A DNA stretch of 64,000 nucleotides from Methanomicrobia archaeon (GCA_011049045.1 DSCO01000057.1:8015-72014); one strand, 5' to 3'. Positions 10,427 to 21,020 are shown, counted from the first letter of the stretch. The notes: a model not told the origin generated them from the letters alone. Made by a program: numbers and translations.

Positions 10427-11548
10427 CTATACGGTGGCCCTCGCTGATTTTCTCTTAGCTCTTGCAACTCGTTCGTTGCTCATCTCATAGAGCTCTATGA
10501 TAAATGCCTTGAAGCTCAGTTCTTCCTTAAATAGCGTTGTCCACAACAATTGGAGCATCTGCTCATAAACAAAGTAAAAGAACCTTATTTTCATCTCTTT
10601 TGACTCCGATTTGATACGAGCTTCGTCTTGAACTCTAAATCCCGTCTCAATTCTCCATCGCCCTTTGTACGGAGGAATGATATAGTCCAGATCGATCTCT
10701 TCCTGGTTTGTGGCAAATGCCCAATCGTAAGTCTTGCCGTTTGTGGGATCTATGATCTTCTTCAATAGCGCCAATATGGTCGTGCCACGAATCACCGTTT
10801 AATCTTTTATCAGCTCGAACTCATAATGTATCTTCTTTCGCTCGGTATCCGCCATCTCGGCAAGTTCTGTCTTTACTTTTTCGTTCTTTGGAACGAGGAT
10901 CATGTAGGGATACTCAGTATTTGTGAGAGTAAGCATAAGATCTTTGCTATAAAATCCCCTATCGAAGAGGATGAGTTTGATTGAACTAACCAGGGTTTGA
11001 ACGAGAGAGAGACAAAAACAGACCGCCTTGGCCATATCGTGCCCTAAATGAATGGGTATCGAGATCAAAGGTATCTTTTGAGGGATATCAGAACTCACCA
11101 CTGCTACGGTGAGGAACTTGAACTTTCCCATCACGGCATCTTTTCCAGTCCGCCCTTGAATCCAAAATCCCTGTACTTCTCCATAAAAATCCTCATCGGT
11201 ATAGTCAACTGCAAGAACAACATCCTGCTCATCAAGTTTGAACCTTTGTCCTATGATTTTAACTGTTTTTAGGTATTCTCAGTAGAAATTCGAAGATGGA
11301 ACAGCCTTTATGGCCAGATGAATGGAATCTGCTGTTGATCCCACTGTTTCGAGCTAGGTATTTGCCATTGCGGCTTTCAATAAATCCCGGTTGTACTCGA
11401 AACCAGAAAGATACGGCCCCTTTGGCTTTAGATCGAGACAGTGATTAACGAAGGTATCGAGGGTCGTTATCGTCCGAAATATCCTATCTCGATTTGGCGT
11501 CATACGATCACTAGGTAGACGGTACGACCAAGGTATTCCTTGGGACAA
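10427..11548 (-). mobile_element. Degraded IS4-family (DDE) transposase/IS remnant
   Basis: Three ORF pieces (11548..11354, 11134..10799, 10795..10427); DRGF motif and Y-x2-R-x3-E-x6-K signature (YKGRWRIETGFRVQDEARIK); pieces separated by one frameshift and one in-frame TAA; AT-rich relative to flanks; terminal inverted repeats not resolved. Confidence 0.65.
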
Positions 11549-11813
11549 TCGACCTTGGCGCTGTTCCCGAATTTCGTCACCTTCCGTATGAAGAACCCCT
11601 GAATCCCCTCGAGCTCAAGATGGCTCTGCGCTTGGATCGGAACCCTTTTCATAGGATATCCGTATGATATCCTAATATAAAAACCTTACTCGCGGTGAAC
11701 GCTCACTACTCGTCACTGCACTTTGCAGGGAGGGAACACACCAGAAGATAATAGCAGCCGACGGTACCAACCACTAGCTCATCCTTTCGGAGATACTGTA
11801 CTGACCGAAAAGC

Positions 11814-11822
11814 TTTTATATA
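11814..11822 (+). promoter_or_regulatory. TATA box (TTTTATATA) for histone gene
   Basis: Canonical archaeal TATA ~30 nt upstream of the histone start. Confidence 0.45.
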
Positions 11823-11852
11823 CACGCTTATTACCCGATCATGGTGATAAAA

Positions 11853-12053
11853 ATGGCTGTATTATCAAAAGCACCTGTTACTAAGATCATTCGTAACGCA
11901 GGAGCCGAACGAGTGAGCGAAGATGCCACGGAAAAGCTGGCGCAGCTGCTTGAGTCCTACGGCGCCAAGGTCGCGAAGAAAGCGGTAAGCCTCGCGAAAC
12001 ACGCTGGCCGGAAGACGGTGAAGGCAGAGGACATCCTGAGCGCACTAGAGTAA
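11853..12053 (+). CDS. Archaeal histone (HMf family)
   Basis: 66 aa from second ATG: [22 protein letters not shown]…[15 protein letters not shown] matches HMfB-type histone fold; ORF track begins 4 codons earlier. Confidence 0.85.
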   Translation: MAVLSKAPVTKIIRNAGAERVSEDATEKLAQLLESYGAKVAKKAVSLAKHAGRKTVKAEDILSALE

Positions 12054-12074
12054 GCTAAACGCGAAACGTAGAAA

Positions 12075-12126
12075 GAGGGAAAGGTAGAAAGAATCAATCG
12101 GCTCGCCCTCTTTTTTTTATTTTTGG
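12075..12126 (+). terminator. Stem (AGAGGG/CCCTCT) followed by oligo-T tract
   Basis: T8-A-T5 run immediately after histone stop; archaeal oligo-T terminator style. Confidence 0.4.
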
Positions 12127-12144
12127 CTTCTCGTACAGATGCAC

Positions 12145-12918
12145 TCACCCGGTTTTTAGCCGTACGATTTTTGCCGCGAAGGTCGCGGCACCGACGCCGT
12201 TATCGATATTGACGACCGCCAATCCGGGTGCACAGCTCTGGAGCATCGCGAGCAGCGCGGCAATGCCCCCACCGCCCATACCGTAGCCCACTGACGTCGG
12301 CACGCCGATCACCGGCAAGTCCACGAGACCCGCAACGACCGAGGGCAGCGCACCCTCCATGCCCGCAATGACGATGAGTACCGAGACATTTTCGTTCACG
12401 AGCTGCACAAGTGGCTCTGCCAGCCGGTGAATGCCCGCGATGCCCACATCGTAGGCCGTGAGCACCTCGCAGCCGCAGACTTCAGCAACGACGCGCGCTT
12501 CTTCCGCCACCGGCCGGTCTGCAGTACCGGCAGCAATGAGCCCGATCGTCCCCCGGTGCTCGAATGCATGTCCCTGCCGTTTGACGAGGACCGTCCGCGC
12601 GATGGGGTTATAATCGAGCTCGAATGCATCGTTCTGCGCGGCTTCTAAATGCTTCTTGAGCTCGTCGACGTCTTCAGCGCGTGCTCGCGTGATTACCGCA
12701 AAGCCCTGGGCTGACGCGTGCGCCAGCGCGATCTCTGCAACCTCAGTGCTGCGCTTACCCTGGGCGAAGATGATCTCCGGGATGCCGGTTCGATCTCTTC
12801 TGCCCAGGTCGAGGCGTGCGAACTCTTTTAACACCTGTATACACTCGGATTTTAATGCCTTGCTCGCGGCTTCGGTGCTGAGCTCCCCACGCGCCACTTT
12901 TTGTAAGATCTCATCCAT
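12145..12918 (-). CDS. larB: LarB-like PurE-fold protein (nickel-pincer cofactor biosynthesis P2CMN synthase-like)
   Basis: 257 aa; N-terminal extension + PurE-like core (…GLIAAGTADRPV…VLIVIAGMEGALPSVVAGL…VIGVPTSVGYG). Confidence 0.65.
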   Translation of the reverse strand: MDEILQKVARGELSTEAASKALKSECIQVLKEFARLDLGRRDRTGIPEIIFAQGKRSTEVAEIALAHASAQGFAVITRARAEDVDELKKHLEAAQNDAFELDYNPIARTVLVKRQGHAFEHRGTIGLIAAGTADRPVAEEARVVAEVCGCEVLTAYDVGIAGIHRLAEPLVQLVNENVSVLIVIAGMEGALPSVVAGLVDLPVIGVPTSVGYGMGGGGIAALLAMLQSCAPGLAVVNIDNGVGAATFAAKIVRLKTG

Positions 12919-13005
12919 AGCACTTCTCTTTCTCGTATCACCAATAAGAAAGAAAAGCTGCAGGCAAGAAACTAACTGGATAGACAGACAGACACCTACT
13001 CGTGC

Positions 13006-14022
13006 GTGATGAAACTGGAAGAGCTGGGCGAACGGAGTTTAATAGAGCGAATCGTGCGGGCGTTTCCGATCGATCCCGCGCTCGTATCGGCAGGCGCGGG
13101 CGAGGACGATTGCGCCGTACTCGATCTGTCCAGCATGCAAAACGGCTACCGGTATCTTCTGGTGACCACGGACACGTTACAGGAATCGACGCACTTCCCG
13201 CGTGGTATGACGCCGTTCCAGAAGGGTTGGAGTGCCGTTGCCGTCAATCTGAGCGATATCGCCGCGATGGGTGGTTCCCCATTCGCCTTTGTCCTCGCGC
13301 TGGGCATTCCTGCGGGTACCGAGGCGTTCTTTATCGACGACCTCGTCGCGGGAATTGCGGCCTGCGCTTCGGCCTTCGAGACGGCGGTCGTTGGCGGGGA
13401 CATCACGCGGAGCACCGAACTTATCTTGACGGGCACGTGCCTTGGCCTGACCAGCAAACCGCTCAAGCGATCGGGCGCCCGGGTAGGGGATGTGGTATGC
13501 GTCACCGGCTCGCTGGGCAACGCGGCACTCGCTTTGAAGCTGCTCAACGGTGAATTGCACGTATCAGAACAGCTTGAACCAGCAGCGAAATGGGCGCTCT
13601 TCCAACCGCAGCCACGCATCCGCGAGGGATTTACAATCGCGCACTCCGGCGTGGCCACTGCGATGATCGACATCAGCGACGGGCTCGCGCTCTCTATCGC
13701 GGAGATCGCGAAGATGAGTGGCGTCGGTGCCGAGCTCTTTGCGGAGCGGATACCCGTTCTGAGCGAAGAGCTACGATATGACGAGCAGCTCAAGCTATCA
13801 CCACAGGAACGCACAGAGCTTGCGCTGTACTACGGCGGGGATTACGAATTGCTTTTCACGCTTGACCCGCGCGTGCTGGAAGATGCTGCACTGCTGAGCA
13901 AGCTGAAACAGGAGGTTGGTCTGAGCGTTATCGGTACGATCGTGCCGCCGGAAGAAGGGCTCTCTATCAGAACGGGCGACGATCAAGAACGGCTAGAGCT
14001 TAAGGGCTATCAGCACTTTTAG
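13006..14022 (+). CDS. thiL: AIR-synthase-related protein, thiamine-monophosphate kinase-like
   Basis: 338 aa; N-term LGERSLIERI…GEDDCAV, PurM-like N and C domains. Confidence 0.6.
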   Translation: MMKLEELGERSLIERIVRAFPIDPALVSAGAGEDDCAVLDLSSMQNGYRYLLVTTDTLQESTHFPRGMTPFQKGWSAVAVNLSDIAAMGGSPFAFVLALGIPAGTEAFFIDDLVAGIAACASAFETAVVGGDITRSTELILTGTCLGLTSKPLKRSGARVGDVVCVTGSLGNAALALKLLNGELHVSEQLEPAAKWALFQPQPRIREGFTIAHSGVATAMIDISDGLALSIAEIAKMSGVGAELFAERIPVLSEELRYDEQLKLSPQERTELALYYGGDYELLFTLDPRVLEDAALLSKLKQEVGLSVIGTIVPPEEGLSIRTGDDQERLELKGYQHF

Positions 14023-14089
14023 CCGTATCGCGGCGGAGTTTCCACCCCTACGATGTAGTGTGCACCGGTCCACGTCCGCTCAACGCGCG

Positions 14090-15319
14090 CTAAAAGAGTT
14101 CCGCAAGCTCGCGCACTATCTCTTCGGCGATGATCCGTTTCTTTCCGTTGATGTGCTTGACGTTACCTGTACCGTTTCGGAGGATGAAGACCTCGTTCTC
14201 TTCCGTGCCGATCCCGCCCTTGCCAATGTCGTTCGCCACGACCATCTGGAGGTTGAGCGCTTCCAACTTCGTCCGCGCACGCCGTATCAGTTCGTCCTCT
14301 GAGACGTTCGTCTCGGCCTTGAAGCCCACGATCACGAGCTGGGGGAATTCCTTCCGCGCCTCGCCGATCAACTTCCGCGTCGGCGCGAAGTGCAGGTGCA
14401 GATCACCGCCCGAGGCGATCTTCACGGTTGCGGGGTCAACGGTGAAATCGGCGATCGCGGCCGAGGAGATGAGCACGTCATAGCCCGTTCGCAGCTCGTT
14501 CAGGCAGGTATCGATCATCTCGTTCGCGGTCTCCACGTGCCGCTCGGTGATCCCCATCATGTTCAGCGCTTTACTGTGCACGAGCGTGACCTCGGCACCC
14601 TGCTTGTAGGCCGCCTTTGCCAGCTCCATGCCCGTTCGGCCCGAACTCCGGTTCGTCAATATTCGTATGGGGTCGATGGGCTCCGCGGTCGGGCCGCCGG
14701 TGACCAGCACGCGTTTGCCCGCGAGCTTCTTGGGTGAGAGCAGATGCTCCGTGGCAAGCACGATCTCAGCGATAGAGACGATCTTAGCGAGCCCTTCCTG
14801 GATCTTCGGGCCCAGTACCGTAACCCCGAGCTGGCGTAACTTATCCAGGTTCTCGATGATCACCGGGCTGTTGAACATTGACTCGTGCATCGCGGGCACG
14901 ATGATCATGGGAATGCCGGAGCCGAAGGCGGTGGTGGCGAAGACGGTCACGGGCGTGTCGGAGACGCCGGTCGCGATCTTATTGAGGGTATTGGCGGTGC
15001 AGGGCGCGATGAGGAAGAGATCGGCCGAGCCCTCCATGCCGAGGAACTCCACGTGCTCAATATCGCCCATCAGCTTCGTGATCGCCTCGTGCCCGGTGGC
15101 ATAATGGAGCGTGTAGGGATGGATGATCTCAGTTGCGGCCCTGCTCATCACGCTGTACACATCGGCACCGTGCCGTATCAGTTCGCGGGAGAGCTCGAAC
15201 GCCCGGACCGCAGCGACCGATCCGGTAACGCCGAGAACGATCTTCTTGCCGAGTAGCGAATGGCTCTTCGTCCCCTTGATCCTGAGTGTGGGGTGGGGTC
15301 TGCGTTCTCTCTCAGCCAT
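14090..15319 (-). CDS. coaBC: Bifunctional phosphopantothenoylcysteine decarboxylase/synthetase
   Basis: 409 aa; N-terminal flavoprotein domain (KKIVLGVTGSVAAVRAFEL) + C-terminal CoaB domain. Confidence 0.9.
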   Translation of the reverse strand: MAERERRPHPTLRIKGTKSHSLLGKKIVLGVTGSVAAVRAFELSRELIRHGADVYSVMSRAATEIIHPYTLHYATGHEAITKLMGDIEHVEFLGMEGSADLFLIAPCTANTLNKIATGVSDTPVTVFATTAFGSGIPMIIVPAMHESMFNSPVIIENLDKLRQLGVTVLGPKIQEGLAKIVSIAEIVLATEHLLSPKKLAGKRVLVTGGPTAEPIDPIRILTNRSSGRTGMELAKAAYKQGAEVTLVHSKALNMMGITERHVETANEMIDTCLNELRTGYDVLISSAAIADFTVDPATVKIASGGDLHLHFAPTRKLIGEARKEFPQLVIVGFKAETNVSEDELIRRARTKLEALNLQMVVANDIGKGGIGTEENEVFILRNGTGNVKHINGKKRIIAEEIVRELAELF

Positions 15320-15336
15320 GTTGATCGTTATGAGTA

Positions 15337-15360
15337 ATGGATGGATGGATGGATGGATGG
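15337..15360. repeat. (ATGG)6 tetranucleotide microsatellite
   Basis: atggatggatggatggatggatgg read directly; overlaps 3' end/trailer of tRNA-Ala. Confidence 0.9.
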
Positions 15361-15430
15361 ACCGGTCGGGATTTGAACCCGAGGCCTCTCACACGCCAAG
15401 CGAGTGATCTTCCACCTGATCTACCGGCCC
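15358..15430 (-). tRNA. tRNA-Ala (anticodon GGC)
   Basis: Hand-folded cloverleaf: acceptor GGGCCGG/CCGGTCC with G3:U70 Ala identity pair, D-stem GATC, anticodon loop TTGGCGT, T-arm TCGGG-TTCAAAT-CCCGA, discriminator A; CCA not encoded. Confidence 0.85.
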
Positions 15431-15520
15431 CTTTGTCCGTTCTTTCGGTTGTTGCTTATCTCGTCACTCAGTCCGTTCGCTCGCGTTCGATGCGTAGAGC
15501 TCTTCTCATACCCCTGCGGC

Positions 15521-15979
15521 TCAGAGATATCGTGAGACGTCCTCGATCATCCGTTCGCAGTAGACACACCGGAATCTGAGTGGGTGCTCGCTGATGGTGA
15601 TGAACCGTGAGACCACCGGCTCGCGTTCCACATTGGAGATACAGTTCGGATTCGCACAGCGAATGATCCCCTCGATCGACGGTGGCAGGAAGACCTTGTG
15701 CTTCTCCACCACTTCCGAATCACGGATGATGTTGATCGTGGCGTTGGGCGCGATCAGGGCGATCTTATCAACCTCCTCGGGCTTCAGCTCACGATCCTCG
15801 ACCTTCACGATGTCCTTCCTACCCATCTGCTTGCTCCGCACGTTCGTGGCTACACTGAGTGCGGCATCGGTGTCTGCATGGATCCCGAGGATCTTGAGCA
15901 CGTTCAGTGCCTGCCCGGCCGTGATATGATCGATCACGGTACCGTTCCTGATAGGTACAACCTTGAGCTCTTTCTTCAT
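15521..15979 (-). CDS. pyrI: Aspartate carbamoyltransferase regulatory subunit
   Basis: 152 aa; [14 protein letters not shown]-terminal Zn domain CANPNCIS…CVYCE. Confidence 0.9.
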   Translation of the reverse strand: MKKELKVVPIRNGTVIDHITAGQALNVLKILGIHADTDAALSVATNVRSKQMGRKDIVKVEDRELKPEEVDKIALIAPNATINIIRDSEVVEKHKVFLPPSIEGIIRCANPNCISNVEREPVVSRFITISEHPLRFRCVYCERMIEDVSRYL

Positions 15980-16240
15980 ACGCGTCGCGTCCTCAGACCC
16001 TCAGACCCGCAGTTTGATATGATAAATAGCGTGGGTGCTATTTAACTTTCCGTTCAAGTATCACGGCGCAAACAACTGTCAAACGCAGAGCTTTCACGCC
16101 CGGCTCGTCACTTCTCGGTGCCGTAGTGGTGAGACAAGAGGAGTCTGATCATATGCTGTTCTCAGCAGAAGTGATGCGCACAGGGCGTCGCACGTATCAG
16201 CTCATTTTTCCGCTTCGCTGGGCCCCTCTCCAGAGGCGAA

Positions 16241-16314
16241 TGGGACCGCCGTGATTTGAACACGGGACAACTCGGTCTTCAGCCGAGCGCTCTCCCAGTC
16301 TGAGCTACGGTCCC
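16241..16314 (-). tRNA. tRNA-Phe (anticodon GAA)
   Basis: Hand-folded: acceptor GGGACCG/CGGTCCC, D-arm GCTC-AGACTGGGA-GAGC, anticodon stem CTCGG/CCGAG loop CTGAAGA, T-arm CCGTG-TTCAAAT-CACGG, discriminator A. Confidence 0.85.
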
Positions 16315-16375
16315 TTTCTTTACGTCACTTCAGCTCTATGCTATTTCTTTCCACTTCGAAGTTATAAATATTGGC

Positions 16376-17806
16376 GTGTTCAAAACCAGAGTTATGGAAA
16401 CGGCGATCCGACGAGCACTTGACTTTGTAACTGCACAGCACGCAACATACGCAGACATTCGGCTGGAACGCGGGCACGCAACGACACTCGATCTCCGGGA
16501 CGGGGTCTTCCGGGAGCTGAGTTACGGGATCGATGAGGGCATAGGTGTCCGTGTGCTTTTCAAAGATTCCTGGGGCTTCGCCTCTGCCAATGATCTGCCG
16601 ACACCTGCGATACAGGCGACCTTCGAGAACGCGCTGAACGCTGCACGTGCGCTCTCAATCTCCAAGTCGGGTAAGCAGACGGCGGCCATTAAGCTCGCCG
16701 ATGCGCCCGTGACGACCGAGGAGTTCACGCTTAAGCCGCGCATCAATCCCGAGGACGTCAGTATCGAGGTGAAGAAACGCATGGTCAAGGACGCGTACGA
16801 CGCGGCGAAGGCGCATTCCGAGCTCGTAACGAGCGTATCAGTTGTCTATCTGGACGGTTACGAGGAGCAGATCATTGCTAATACCGAGGGGAGTTATATC
16901 ATGCTACAGCAGCCTGCCGTATTCCTGCGTGCCAGTGTGGTGGCGAAACGGGGTACTCAGCTCCAGGAGGGTCGCGAGAGTGTCGGTGCGGTTGCCGGCT
17001 TCGACTTCATCGAGGCTGAGGATCCCGCGATGATCGCCGTGCGGGCTGCGGACAAGGCGGTCCAACTCCTTGATGCGGAGCTCCCGCCGGCCGGCGAGCT
17101 GTCGGTGATCATGGACCACCGGCTAACGGGCGTCTTCATGCACGAGGCGCTCGGGCATGCTGCGGAGGCGGACCATGTGCTGTACGGAGAATCGATCCTG
17201 AAAGGTAAGGTGGGCACGGCGATCGCTTTTGATCGGTTGACGGTTGCGGACGATCCGACCATCGAGGCGTCCCATGGCTACTACCGGTACGATGACGAGG
17301 GGCTGCGCTCACGCCGGACCGAACTCATCAAGGACGGTGTGCTCGTCTCGTATCTCCACAGTCGTGAGACTGCCGGTCGGTTAGACGCGGCACCGACGGC
17401 TAACGCGCGAGCTGCGGACTATTCCGAGCTGCCGATCGTGCGGATGAGCAACACGGTAATTGAGCCTGGTGGGTGGCAGTTCGATGAGATGCGTGCGGAT
17501 ATCGCGTTCGGCATTTACGCGAAGGGCATGCGCGGCGGGCAGGTGGACACGGTCAAAGGCGAATTCCAGTTCAGTGCTGAGGAGGCCTTTCTGATCGAGA
17601 ACGGGACGCTCACGAAGCGGTTAAAGAACGTCGCGCTCTCCGGGCGTACTCTGGACGTGCTGAAGAACATTGATGCGATCGGCACGGACAAGAAGCGCGG
17701 GACTATTGGTTTCTGCGGTAAAGACGGCCAGGATGTGCCGGTATCGGAATACGCGCCCCATGTTCGCGTCACGAAGATCCTGGTCGGGGGCTCGTCCTCC
17801 GGGTGA
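16376..17806 (+). CDS. tldD: TldD/PmbA-family metalloprotease
   Basis: 476 aa; HEALGHAAEADH motif and family-wide conservation; start could be M7 (16394). Confidence 0.85.
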   Translation: MFKTRVMETAIRRALDFVTAQHATYADIRLERGHATTLDLRDGVFRELSYGIDEGIGVRVLFKDSWGFASANDLPTPAIQATFENALNAARALSISKSGKQTAAIKLADAPVTTEEFTLKPRINPEDVSIEVKKRMVKDAYDAAKAHSELVTSVSVVYLDGYEEQIIANTEGSYIMLQQPAVFLRASVVAKRGTQLQEGRESVGAVAGFDFIEAEDPAMIAVRAADKAVQLLDAELPPAGELSVIMDHRLTGVFMHEALGHAAEADHVLYGESILKGKVGTAIAFDRLTVADDPTIEASHGYYRYDDEGLRSRRTELIKDGVLVSYLHSRETAGRLDAAPTANARAADYSELPIVRMSNTVIEPGGWQFDEMRADIAFGIYAKGMRGGQVDTVKGEFQFSAEEAFLIENGTLTKRLKNVALSGRTLDVLKNIDAIGTDKKRGTIGFCGKDGQDVPVSEYAPHVRVTKILVGGSSSG

Positions 17807-17858
17807 ACCGGGACGGGACGTACGTACGTGTGGCGTTGCGCTGCGCGTATCTCTGTAG

Positions 17859-19184
17859 CTATCTGCTCGGGTGAATCTTCTGCGCGCCAGCGTTGCGCAG
17901 CCGGATCAGCGGTTTCGCGATATGCCGCCGTGCCGCGGGCGGAACTTCGTATAGCCCCTCATTCAGCGCTCGCGCGACGATCTCGCGTTCCTGCGAACTG
18001 CGATGTGTTCCACAGCGCTTGCAGCGGTAGCCCTGCGCTCGTCCCGCGGATTTCATGCGCTTGCCGCAGCGCTCGCACCGTGGATTGCGCGTCGCTTCAG
18101 TGTTCACGGCGCGTACCTCGATCTTCTCCAGATTCTGTGTACCGGACCCGAAAGAACCATAAGTCGTTAGCTCATCACCTGCTCGCAAGCTACGGACAAT
18201 TTCGCGGAACTGCTTCGTCGGCTCGTAGGCGATACAGTCGATGCGCTCTTCCGCGGGGCGGGCGATCGCGAGCTGGAAGACGACGTGACCGCCTTTGATC
18301 GGTCGCGGTTCAGAGGCCACCGTGCCCTCGATGCGGTACGAGTGGTACTCAGAGAGCGAGCCCTCCAGTTCTTCTCCCGTGATCAGGTGCGAATCGGTGC
18401 CCTGATTCGTGATGAAGAGCGTCTCCCGCTCCACCTGCTCTGCAGTGATGAGCTCGTATGCCCGCATGATCGCATCAACACGGTCACCGCGTACACCAAA
18501 GAGGACCGGACAGGGTGAGTGCGGGGCCAACACGAGGTTCTTATTCGAATGATCCACGGTATCCCAGGTCAGCGGATACGTAGCGGCATCTGCTTGCCAC
18601 ACGCTTGCCGGCTCGATCACCCGGGGCGTGCCCCAGCGCGCCCGTTTCCGGTAGGCGATCAGCTCGTACGTGACATCGTACTGCGCCGGCCAGTGTTGCT
18701 GGAGCATGAAGAATGCCGTGGCAGCCAACGCCCCGATAACGCCCCGTTTCTGCTTCAGACCATAGTGCTCGATCTGCAATTCAGCCAGGAGCGCAAACGC
18801 GTGTTCAAGCGTGACCACCTCTTTCACGGCCAGCTCGTAAAACTGCTGCAAGTCCCGCAGGTGCTCGGCGGGCATGCGCAGGGCACGCTCCTCGCGAATA
18901 AACACCACACCGGGATTTGTCTCCTCCGCGTGAACCTCCGCCAGCTCATTAACCCGGGCTTTGATCAGTTCCTTGACCACTTCATCAGCGCCTGGTTGAT
19001 GAAGCTTTATCTCGAAGGCGACCGCGCCATTGCCGCGTGTCTTATACGGTATGCAGGGATTCAAGCGCACCAATCGCGGAATCGAAACCTTACCGTAACA
19101 CCCGAGCTCGTCCACTAAGACGGCACATAGATAGGTGGTGCACATGCCCGTTTTCGAGTCGGTATCATCAATTCCAACGATCAT
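17859..19184 (-). CDS. tiaS: tRNA(Ile2) 2-agmatinylcytidine synthetase
   Basis: Starts MIVGIDDTDSKTGMCTTYL (TiaS kinase-domain signature), C-terminal zinc ribbon CERCGKRMKSAGRAQGYRCKRCG; internal ATG chosen over 36-codon extension. Confidence 0.8.
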   Translation of the reverse strand: MIVGIDDTDSKTGMCTTYLCAVLVDELGCYGKVSIPRLVRLNPCIPYKTRGNGAVAFEIKLHQPGADEVVKELIKARVNELAEVHAEETNPGVVFIREERALRMPAEHLRDLQQFYELAVKEVVTLEHAFALLAELQIEHYGLKQKRGVIGALAATAFFMLQQHWPAQYDVTYELIAYRKRARWGTPRVIEPASVWQADAATYPLTWDTVDHSNKNLVLAPHSPCPVLFGVRGDRVDAIMRAYELITAEQVERETLFITNQGTDSHLITGEELEGSLSEYHSYRIEGTVASEPRPIKGGHVVFQLAIARPAEERIDCIAYEPTKQFREIVRSLRAGDELTTYGSFGSGTQNLEKIEVRAVNTEATRNPRCERCGKRMKSAGRAQGYRCKRCGTHRSSQEREIVARALNEGLYEVPPAARRHIAKPLIRLRNAGAQKIHPSR

Positions 19185-19337
19185 CGGCCCTTCTTTTTTA
19201 TCAGAGCCCGTGATCACAGAAATAGGTATCACAACCTGAGGCAGCACGCTGCAAAGGGGCATGCTATCGGGCGATCTCACCGCCCGGTCCAACTTATTTA
19301 TGGCTCACGGTCCTAGTGAGATACGTAGGAAGCGAAC

Positions 19338-21020
19338 ATGAACTCGTATTTCTGGATGCTGCTGGTGAATCTCTTCCTCCTTTACTGGCTCATCGTGATG
19401 TTGCTCGATAGGAAGGGCATTTTAGCGCGTTATAACATCTCAGCAGCCGGTCCCGTGCTCATGATCAGAACGAAGCGTGGTGAGCGCTTATTGGAGCTGC
19501 TCTCACGGGGGACGCTGAGGGCGCGGTTCTGGCGCGTTTATGCCACTATCGGCACCGGTTTGGTGCTCATTGCCATGGTCTTCATGTTCGTGCTCGTCAT
19601 TTATGGCGCTTATAGTACCTTCATCCTGCATCCTGAGCCCACGACGATCAACGAGCCAAGAAACTGGCTGCTCATACCCGGGTTGAACCAATTCATACCG
19701 ATGTGCGCATGGGTGGGCTTTGTCATTGCACTGGTGGTCCACGAGCTCTCGCACGCTGTCTTGAGCACGGTCGAGAGGATTAAGGTGAAGTCGATGGGGC
19801 TCCTCATGCTCATTGTCCCGATCGGTGCATTTGCGGAGCCGGACAGTGAGCAACTGTTCGGCGAGCGTGAGCGTAAAGAGCGGAAGAAGGGAACGGCTGG
19901 TGCTGAGGCTGAGTCCGAGTCCAGAGAACCTGAACCCAAGAAAGTGGCTACCTCACGAGAGCGCACACGCATCCTCTCAGCGGGCGTGACGAGCAATTTC
20001 TGCGTGGCCGCGATTGCCTTTACGCTCTTCTTTGCTCTGCTCTTCTCTATCCAGCCGGTGGACGAGAGCGTGCTGTACGTCTATCAGGTAGCAAAGGGCA
20101 GTCCCGCGGAGCAGGCAGGTATTACGCCCGAAGTGTTCATCACCCGCGTTGACGGCACGGCGATGACGACTGTGGAGGAGCTTACCGCGGCATTGAGCAC
20201 CGAGGTGGAGCATACCGTAGTGATCCTGCAGAAAAACGGTGAGGAACGCGCGTTCGCCGTCCCTGGCGGGACCACCAACAGCACCGGGTTGTTCATCTTT
20301 GATGTCGTGGCTGGCTTACCGGCCGACCAGGCGGGTCTCACCCGGAGCATGCGCATAACGAGCATTGATGCGGTGAGCATAACGGGCTACACGGACTTCA
20401 GCGCCTTCATGAATACCACCCTACCGGGGCAGGTGATCGAGGTGCAAACCGATGCGATAACGGTCGCGGTAACGCTGACCGAGTCACCCGCGGGAGAAGA
20501 AACGGGCTACATGGGGGTGATCGTCGCCGGTACGACTGCCTCGAGCCCGCGGGGGATGCTGGTCTTCGAATTCCCGACACAGGAGTACCTTAACGGCCTG
20601 CGGGGCATTCCCGCGTCGTTCCTGACGCTCTCGCCACGTCAGTGGCTGGCAAGCTGGTTGTGGTTGACCATTATGCCGATCGCCCCGCTGCCGACGGGCT
20701 TTGGGGGCTTTACCCCGCTCCTCGCACAGCTCTTCGAGCCCGTGGGCACCGTTGCTGAACTGGGTAGCGCAGTCTTCTGGCTTGCCGATATCCTCTTCTG
20801 GATCGGCTGGATCAATTTCTATGTGGGGCTGTTCAACTGCCTGCCTGCCATACCACTCGACGGCGGCTATGTCTTTCGTGAGATGCTCTATCCCGTCGTG
20901 CGTCTGGGGATAAAGGAAGAGCAGCGCAAGGAGAAGGTTGCCCGCGGCATTGCTGCTTTATTCGCGCTCTTTATCTTCTCCGCCATTGTTATCCTGCTCG
21001 CCGGCCCCTATCTCCTGTAA
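19338..21020 (+). CDS. Site-2 protease (M50 family) with PDZ domains
   Basis: 560 aa polytopic; HELSHAV zinc motif, LDGG motif (AIPLDGGYVF), two PDZ-like segments. Confidence 0.8.
   Translation: MNSYFWMLLVNLFLLYWLIVMLLDRKGILARYNISAAGPVLMIRTKRGERLLELLSRGTLRARFWRVYATIGTGLVLIAMVFMFVLVIYGAYSTFILHPEPTTINEPRNWLLIPGLNQFIPMCAWVGFVIALVVHELSHAVLSTVERIKVKSMGLLMLIVPIGAFAEPDSEQLFGERERKERKKGTAGAEAESESREPEPKKVATSRERTRILSAGVTSNFCVAAIAFTLFFALLFSIQPVDESVLYVYQVAKGSPAEQAGITPEVFITRVDGTAMTTVEELTAALSTEVEHTVVILQKNGEERAFAVPGGTTNSTGLFIFDVVAGLPADQAGLTRSMRITSIDAVSITGYTDFSAFMNTTLPGQVIEVQTDAITVAVTLTESPAGEETGYMGVIVAGTTASSPRGMLVFEFPTQEYLNGLRGIPASFLTLSPRQWLASWLWLTIMPIAPLPTGFGGFTPLLAQLFEPVGTVAELGSAVFWLADILFWIGWINFYVGLFNCLPAIPLDGGYVFREMLYPVVRLGIKEEQRKEKVARGIAALFALFIFSAIVILLAGPYLL

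Noticed and set aside
13146-13814. 222-aa and 127/183-aa ORFs overlapping thiL-like gene on both strands
   Set aside because: Ser/Arg/Ala-rich low-complexity translations inside a well-supported AIR-synthase-family gene; typical high-GC spurious frames.
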